A stretch of DNA of 64,000 nucleotides from Eledone cirrhosa. Lineage: Eukaryota. Shown here one piece after another: positions 56,530-64,000 of the stretch. The position numbers and the translations under genes are program-made. Location of the stretch: assembly GCA_964016885.1 (NCBI GenBank), contig OZ024748.1:58776001-58840000 (forward strand). The letters run 5' to 3'. The notes under the pieces were generated by a model. The model was not told where the DNA came from and did not search any database. It was given only the letters and a program-made list of their open reading frames with translations. Position 1 is the first letter of the stretch. The number at the start of each line of letters is the position of its first letter.

Positions 56530-57399
56530 TGTCTACGATTTTACAAAACTTATGTTCACCGAATTTAGGGACTAGACTCCTTCTTCCTCCCGTTTGACCT
56601 GTGCGGAATTCTTTCCTTGCTCACATTTCGACTAGGTTTGATGGTCTTTATTCTCTCTCGTCCACGATTTCACAGAACTTATATTCATAGAATTCTGGGA
56701 CTTGACTCCTTCTTCCTCACTTTTCGTTGCATTACCATCTTTGATTGTTTACAGTCTCCGTCGTTCCCCTTATTTACGTGTCCCAACGACTTTCTTTAGC
56801 CGTTGCTCGCACCAACCGGAGGTATATGGTCTTTAAAGCGATGAAATACCAATGAAGGTTGGAAGATCACTGATGAAGGACTAACTTTATTCATATATAT
56901 ATATATATATATATATAATGTAGAAATAGCTTCTACAGGACTAGACCTGTCTCATTCGAAGGAAATCATCATGAAAGCCCTGATGATTTCCTTCGAATGA
57001 GATAGGTCTAGTCCTGTAGAAGCCATTTCTACAATATATATTTATACTCTGCTATGTATTGAGTACCTTACTTACTGTGGTTATCCCCGATTGAACCCGG
57101 GATACACACACACATGTATATATATTTAAAAAGGCAGTCACTTTCTGTCTCTCGCTCACTCGTTCCTGCCTCAACCCTCCACCTATCTATCTGTTTCTCT
57201 CTCTCTCATACCTCCTCTCTCTCTCTCATACCTCCTCTCTCTCTCTCATAGCTCCTCTCTCATTCTATCTGTTTCTGAAACTCTCTCACATTTTGTGCAA
57301 GTATATTCTTCCATAATCTTAGGTTAACCAATAACTTTGCAGTAGAATTTGGTAAACAAAATATCTGCAAGAAGTCTGTTATATATATATATAGAATAA

Positions 57400-57743
57400 G
57401 ATAATTGTTTCTACTTTTGGCACAAGGCCAGTAAATTACCCAGTACATTACTGGTACTTTATTTTATCGACCCCGTAAGGATGAAAGGCTAAGTTAACTG
57501 CGGCGGGATTTGAACTCAGACCATAAAGGGACGTAACTCTATGCTGGAAGGCATGGCGTCCGACCCTCTACCGATACTGCCAATTCACCGCCCTTATATA
57601 TAGAATAAGATAATGCAAAGTAGTTTCAGCAATTAAAGTCCTTTAATGATAAGCAATTATCCACGTGTATTACTGGTGCTTTATTTTATCGACCCCGTAA
57701 GGATGAAAGGCAAAGTTAACCTCGGCGGGATTTGAACTCAGAC
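57400..57743 (-). mobile_element. Dominant SINE, copies at 57400-57593 and 57655-57743
   Basis: Core and head motifs. Confidence 0.82.
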
Positions 57744-57749
57744 TAATCC

Positions 57750-57820
57750 TGTGATTCATATTTCAATGACGACAGTGGCCACACGCTTCGGTGTACCCAG
57801 TGCCGTCACATCATCAGACG
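57750..57820 (-). ncRNA. Hammerhead-like motif (family E) with long stem II
   Basis: Reverse complement: cgt-CTGATGA-t-gtgacggca...tgtcgtcat-t-GAAA-tatgaa-TC|aca. 9-bp stem II plus extension; stem I weak, possibly clipped by the adjacent SINE. Confidence 0.55.
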
Positions 57821-58823
57821 TCTTCTTACATAATAAGGTTATGTTCCCGAGGCAATCTAAATTGAATCGACAAAGCGAGTGTTCTTGAATCCTTCGCCCG
57901 TTCCCTTATATAAATATATATATAATGTGTGTGTGTGTGTGATATGTATGACAGCCATAACTATCTTGTCATTTTCTTAAACACATTGCACCAGATTGCT
58001 ATTATTTAGAGGCTTTTCCAGGTCACTTGGGACACTCGTGTCAGCCAGAGAATACCTTCTCTATTTAAGGCTAACATCTCCTTAGAGGTCTTGTGGAATT
58101 TGAGCTCATTAATTGCCTCAATTCAAATGCGTCGATACAAAATATAAAACAAAGATGTTCGATTATATGCATGTGTGAATATGAGTATGTGTTAGTGTAA
58201 ATGTGTTGATGGCTATGGATATTTATGTAAATTAGGGTATTGTTTGATATATATTCATGAAAGCTATGTTCTGTGCTGTTATTAAGGATGTTTTGGAAGT
58301 AACTTGAATATTTAAGCATTTAAAACAAGAGGCAAACAAACAATATAAACATAAATATAAACGGTCCCCAAGACATTTAAATACCTGTCACAGATGAGAA
58401 GACAGCGTTCAAATAATGGAATTCACTTGATATAACGACTCAAACTGAATGAATGTAAATATAAAAGATTAATAGACTAAATAATCCTTTATTGGCAAAT
58501 ATTGTTTCAAACACTTGTTGCTGTTACTTGCCATGGGTTTAAGAATGAACAAAGAATAAATATAGAAAAATGTGAAGTTCACGCGATATTAAACTCAGAT
58601 TCAACTTATGTTTGTTTCAAAATTATTTCTTCTCTTCTAAAATCACCATCAGCAGATAATGGACCAGTTATAAAATATTTTATTGTCTTCATCATGAATA
58701 TCATTTAATTTCTGTTGTTAAATAGCAAAGGAGGTGTTTAAATGTAATTCTATTTGTTTTGTTTTGTTTTTTTGTAACGTTCTCTAAATAAATATCACCC
58801 ATGCGATGGAGAGATAGATAGAT

Positions 58824-58870
<47 letters not shown>

Positions 58871-59775
58871 AGAGAGAGAGAGAGAGATGTTTGAGTGATT
58901 GTTTATCTGGAGTATGGATGATCATTGTTCATTGAACAGTGATTTTGAAGAACAAACGTGAACTCGTATAAAAATAGTGATTGATAGATTCAGAAAACCA
59001 AACAGTAATAGTTTTGCAGTTTTTATTACATCATTGTTCTTCCAAGGTGTAAGAAGTATATTGCTGATGTTATGCCGTCTGCTATTTTTTTTTTTTCTTC
59101 TTTTGGTTATCCTTAAGTTTAAATTGATATTCTATGACTTCTGCTCAGAAGAACTTACAAGCACTTCCTCTTCAGTCCAAATCACAGAAAGCCTGTGAAG
59201 ATGGTTGATCAAAAACGTTAATCATATGATACATTTATTTTATATATATATTTTTTTTGTCTTTATTTTGTAAGATTCTCGATATAAATGTATCTGTTGA
59301 AACAGTGTTGTACATCAGGAGAGTCCCAAAAAATTTTCTGAATATTTTCAAAAATGTTTTCAAAAAGTTTAATAAATTTTTGAAAATATTTTTTGAAAAA
59401 ATTCAGAAAATTTGTCGGTGGTGAAATTTTTCAGAAACCTATGAAGATTATTCCCATTTTAAAAATGTTTTTGAAAAAATGTCATCAAAATTTATTTAAA
59501 AAACTTTTCTCCGATATGAATCATGATAATAGGGGACTAGTGATTACTCGACTGGTGATAACGGCTCCGGTCGTTTCGACAGCTATATCCAAACAAGTTC
59601 GGATCTAGCTGTCCAAATGACTCTTTCCCTATTACCCACTCTACTATCCTAAGTATTGAGTACTCTGGTGTGTTATGATCCACCTGGTATCTTACCTTAC
59701 CCTCTTTGTTATATATATATACACACAATACTTCTCGAGCCCTTTTCGGATTTCGGTCTTCATTCTTATTATTAC

Positions 59776-59847
<72 letters not shown>

Positions 59848-59882
59848 AGACTATTTTGAGTTTTTAACTCGATATATACCTT

Positions 59883-59927
<45 letters not shown>

Positions 59928-60020
59928 AGAAAGTATGACCACCCCGACAGCAGAGCTCAAGCCGTTTCGACAGCTATTTCTGGTGCGTTATGGTCCATCT
60001 GGTTCCTTACCACAACTCCG

Positions 60021-60071
<51 letters not shown>

Positions 60072-60505
60072 TACTTTATTTTATTGACCCCATAAGGATG
60101 AAATACAAAGTTAACCTCGGTGAGATTTGAACTCAGATCATAAAGAACCGTAATTCTATGCTGCAAAGCATACCGTCCGACCCTCTACCAATACTGCCAC
60201 TCAAGCAATGTGAAATAATAAAGCCCCTTACTTAAGGGCATAAAGCACCACTCAGTCAGTCCAAGAATCAAATTTACAACCTTACAATTCTGAACTAAAC
60301 ACACTAACCCCTAAGCTACAAGCATTAAGATACAAATAATTGTTTCTACTTTTGGCACAAAGCCAGCAATTAACCAGTGTATTACTGGTACTTTATCTTA
60401 TTGACCCCGTAAGGATGAAATGCGGGATTTGAACTCAGAATGGCAAGGGCCGTAACTCTATGCGTCAAAGCATGTTGTCCAACCCTCTACCGATACTGCC
60501 AATCC
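60072..60505 (-). mobile_element. Dominant SINE, copies at 60072-60199 and 60336-60505
   Basis: Core and head motifs. Confidence 0.82.
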
Positions 60506-61695
60506 AAAAACGTCTTTTTTTTCAATTGTATCTTTTCATTATGTTTGTAAGTTTTTCTATTTTTATTTTGTATGATTTTTTTTGTCTTGTTTTATTTTGT
60601 TTTGTTTTGTTTCTCAATGTCTGACTAAAATAATTTTCTGTTATTTTAAAACAAAAATATATCAGTGTGAAATTATTCAATGTTTTCAATGTTTTCCTAC
60701 CCAACATTGATTAACAACGGACCTTTTATATTTGAGTTGCCGTGCAATGTTTAGCTTGCGTGACAGTAAGGCGTTATATCATTAACTTAGATAAAGTTAT
60801 TACTAAATTCAATAGAGTTTCTATAAAGCTGTAATCAATTCAATATCTTCCATTCAGTTTTTTTTTTGTTTGTTTGTTTGTATGCTTATCTGTTTGGCTA
60901 GTTAGTTGGTTGCTTGTTTTTGTTGTTGATTTAGTGGGAAAATTTGTTAAGAGATAACAAGTGTAAGAGAGTTCAATCAGCAATATGTGTCTCTCACTCC
61001 AGATGGCGTAAGCATACAATGCAACGGGAGGAAACATAATAGCAACACTGACGATGTTGCAGATGTGCAACGAAAGAACTTTGATAGACTATATATATAT
61101 GTGTTTGTATCTATATTGTATCTGTATTTTTGACCGTTGGTCAGTCAATGGCAACATTGAGGACCGAATAAATTAAATTAACCGATATAAAAGACACAGG
61201 AGCGAAAACCAACCAAACAGTGAGTGTGTTCTGTTATTAATTCTGGCAATATTATTACACAAATATGACCCTCCCCAAGTATAACAACATATATATATAT
61301 ATATATTGGAAAATGTGTGAAATCCTTGGCACAGTTAGGTATATTTAAAAAAAAGGAAAAGAATGACTTCACTTTTAGTTCTAAACAATTTGATTTAATT
61401 TTATAATACTATGATTTTACAATTTGGTTTTGTAGATCTAGATCTACAAAACCAAATTGCTTAGAACTACAAGTGAAGTCATTCATTTCCTTTTTTTAAA
61501 TGTATATATATATATATATATATATTGAATAACATTGATAGGTACCATGTTACACAAATGGTATCTTTCATTAAAAAACTGTTTCAAAGATGGACGGAAT
61601 AAATATTGAAACACCCCACCATACCACCCTCCCAAAAAAGGGAAAAAAAAAAAAAAACAGAAAAAAGTGTTTGACAGAATCTCAGATGTAAAGTT

Positions 61696-61838
61696 TCAGG
61701 AACTGATTGCTGTAATAGTTTCTGTTGTTGCAGTTCCTTGTGGTTGACTGACTTGATTGGAGTAACCAAGTTTCTTGATATCTTTGGTGACAATATTGAA
61801 TGTGATGTACACAAAGCCTTGGGTTATAACTCTACAAA
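61696..61838 (-). CDS. B9D1: B9D1 terminal coding exon (143 nt including TGA)
   Basis: Acceptor atattgcag|. Phase matches the previous exon (G+TT=Val). Reads VCRVITQGFVYITFNIVTKDIKKLGYSNQVSQPQGTATTETITAISS*, matching the B9D1 C-terminus VTRVRSQGFV...FNVVTKDM.KLGY. Confidence 0.92.
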
Positions 61839-62870
61839 CTGCAATATAGATTGGGTTTTAGAAAATTAGGATTTTTTTTTAACACGCTGACGCATATGTG
61901 TATATGTGTGGATATGTGCATGTGTATACATTTATATGTATGAGTATATGAAATATAAACGTGCAAACACATACACACTCACAAAAGTACACACTCACGA
62001 AAGTACACACTCAGACATACATTCACACAACCACATACATACATTCACACAAACGCATACACAGTAAAACAAATGGAGTGCCAGCCACTATTTTGCTATA
62101 GTTTTTTAACACCCCAGTCCTTTCTTTTACACACACATACATTCACACAGGCAGCAGATGTAAAGAGAGAGGAGTAGTATGAGGTAGTCAAACTACTCCT
62201 CTCTCTCTGTTGTGACAGAATCGCAGAAATTTATATATAGATGAGAGAGAGACAGAAAACAACAAAAAGTTATGATTATAATATAATAGATGGTGCAGTG
62301 ATTTTAGGCGGCAAATTGGCAGAGTCGTTAGAATGTTTTATGGTATTCGTTCCAACCCTCTGGGGTCAATTCTTCCTCTATATCTTTTTTTCATTTCCTC
62401 TCCCTCATTCTCTATCTTTTTTTGGAAGAAATCTGCTGTACACATGTACACAGGCCTGGAGAGGGATGGGCTCAGCCAGGCTTTAAATACCCAAGAAACG
62501 TTACGACTCTATCAGGAGTTACGGGACCATACATACATACATACATACGCACACAGATTTCCTTCAAATGTTGATAGGTCATGATGTTTCTGGACAGATT
62601 TTCAAACTGTTATAGTCCTTCTTATGAAGGTATCTTCACTTTGAGTACCAGCCCGGACTGCTGAGAATTTGTCCAACTCTTATTAGCAGGGAAAGTGGAC
62701 ATTAAATGATGAGAGTGACAATCATGATAATGATAATGAACACTTTAAAACAAACAATTTGATATCATCCAACCAGGGGACAGTTTCAAGCAGTTTTACT
62801 CCCTCAAAAAAAGGTTAAACAGTGAATTGTTGTTGTGTAAAACAGAATTAAGAAAATTACAGCCACTAAC

Positions 62871-63001
62871 CTTCTCTGCCTTCTCCAAGAGCAACAATCC
62901 TTGCATCGATAAATTCGGGACGCCTGCCTAGTAACCAGCTCATGAACTTCTGAAGCATCGAAGATGACTCGGGAACAAACATTGGTACACAACATTTGTG
63001 T
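62871..63001 (-). CDS. B9D1: B9 domain-containing protein 1 (MKSR1), penultimate coding exon (131 nt)
   Basis: Minus strand: polypyrimidine acceptor tttttctgtttccctag|, donor GAAG|gttagt. Translates [43 protein letters not shown], which I recognise as B9D1 (vertebrate ...[37 protein letters not shown]). Upstream exons lie beyond the window. Confidence 0.93.
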
Positions 63002-63727
63002 CTAGGGAAACAGAAAAACAAGCTATGATAAAAGAAAATATCATTCGAGGAAAGATAACTAAAGTGAAAAGACGGCAGATGAACTGTGAATATGTTCACA
63101 TGCTTATGTTAGAAAACCATACAGTGAATTATCAGAGTATATCATTTTACGTCTGCTTTTCCCTGCTTGCAAGGGTTGGACGGGAACTGATTCTGGCTTG
63201 ATTTCTACAGCTGGATGCCCTTCCTAACACCAACCTCATTTACAGTGAGTGCTGGGTGCTTTTTTGCCGTGGCACCTCCACGAAAACTTTGCAGTGGAAT
63301 GATAGGGACCACAGTCCTATCATCTCATTTCTACAGCTGAGTAAACTTGAGCAATGTGAAATAAAGTGTCTTGCTCAAGGAAACAACACATCACCTGGTC
63401 CGAGAATTGCGTTGTGTAAATGGATGGTACAATAACACCTAATGGAGTTGTAGAGGCAACATAATGGCACACAGTGTTTCTTAGATATTTTAAGCCTGGC
63501 GAATCTCATCCCTCTCCAGGTCTAAATGCAGCAGATTTCTTCCAGAGAAGGAATGAGAGTGAAAGAAAGGAATAATCAACCCCAGTACTAGATTAGTAGT
63601 TTTCTTAACAACCTCAAAAGTATGAAAGATAAAATTGACCTCAGCAGGATTTTACTAGACTATGACTCAGAGCTGTGAGAATTTTCTTCACACCATTCAA
63701 ATCATATATACATATATATCTATGCAT

Positions 63728-63760
<33 letters not shown>

Positions 63761-64000
63761 TCAATATACATATGTGTGTATATATAAGACCCTCTTCCTG
63801 CTATTTCAAGTGTTAACCTAATATATTCCTTCCATATATTGTACCAATTGTGTTGTTATTTCTGTTTACCTTTTATATATATATATATAGGAGAGACTAT
63901 GACCCCGACGGCAGCGCTCAAGCCGTTTTGACGGCTATTTCTGGACTAAAGTAAGAGTTTTTTTAGTCTGGTAAATAAATAGCCGAACTCTTCAAGGGTA

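Noticed and set aside
59130-59180. CTGAAGA plus hairpin on the minus strand
   Set aside because: GAGC replaces GAAA and stems I and III do not form.
62164-62206. let-7-like tgaggtagt in an intronic hairpin
   Set aside because: Only 9 nt match, located at the loop; the stem is too short and made of GA/TC repeat.

Overview
AT-rich eukaryotic (metazoan) DNA, dominated by (TA)n/(CA)n/(GA)n microsatellites and transposon debris. The SINE and repeat content resembles an octopod cephalopod genome (inference, not tested). Almost all ORFs in the supplied track are microsatellite artefacts. The only host gene I can support is the last two coding exons of B9D1 (ciliary transition-zone B9 protein) on the minus strand at 61.7-63.0 kb. 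Recognisable mobile DNA: a 5'-truncated Penelope-like element (RT C-terminus + GIY-YIG endonuclease, open frame), an internally deleted mariner with unusually long TIRs, Tc1-type and hAT MITEs, a non-autonomous Helitron, decayed Gypsy RT and RTE-type LINE fragments, and about 30 tRNA-derived SINE copies. The main hidden signal is at least six unrelated sequence families carrying minimal type-I hammerhead ribozyme folds (CUGANGA...GAAA...UH, mostly with palindromic stem III). Most sit in small non-coding units with partial-tandem or fold-back architecture in or beside (TA)n tracts, two with repeat boundaries at the predicted cleavage site. This suggests a Penelope/retrozyme-like ecosystem of ribozyme-bearing non-autonomous retroelements. 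All folds were done by eye; repeat boundaries are approximate unless a TSD or TIR is quoted.
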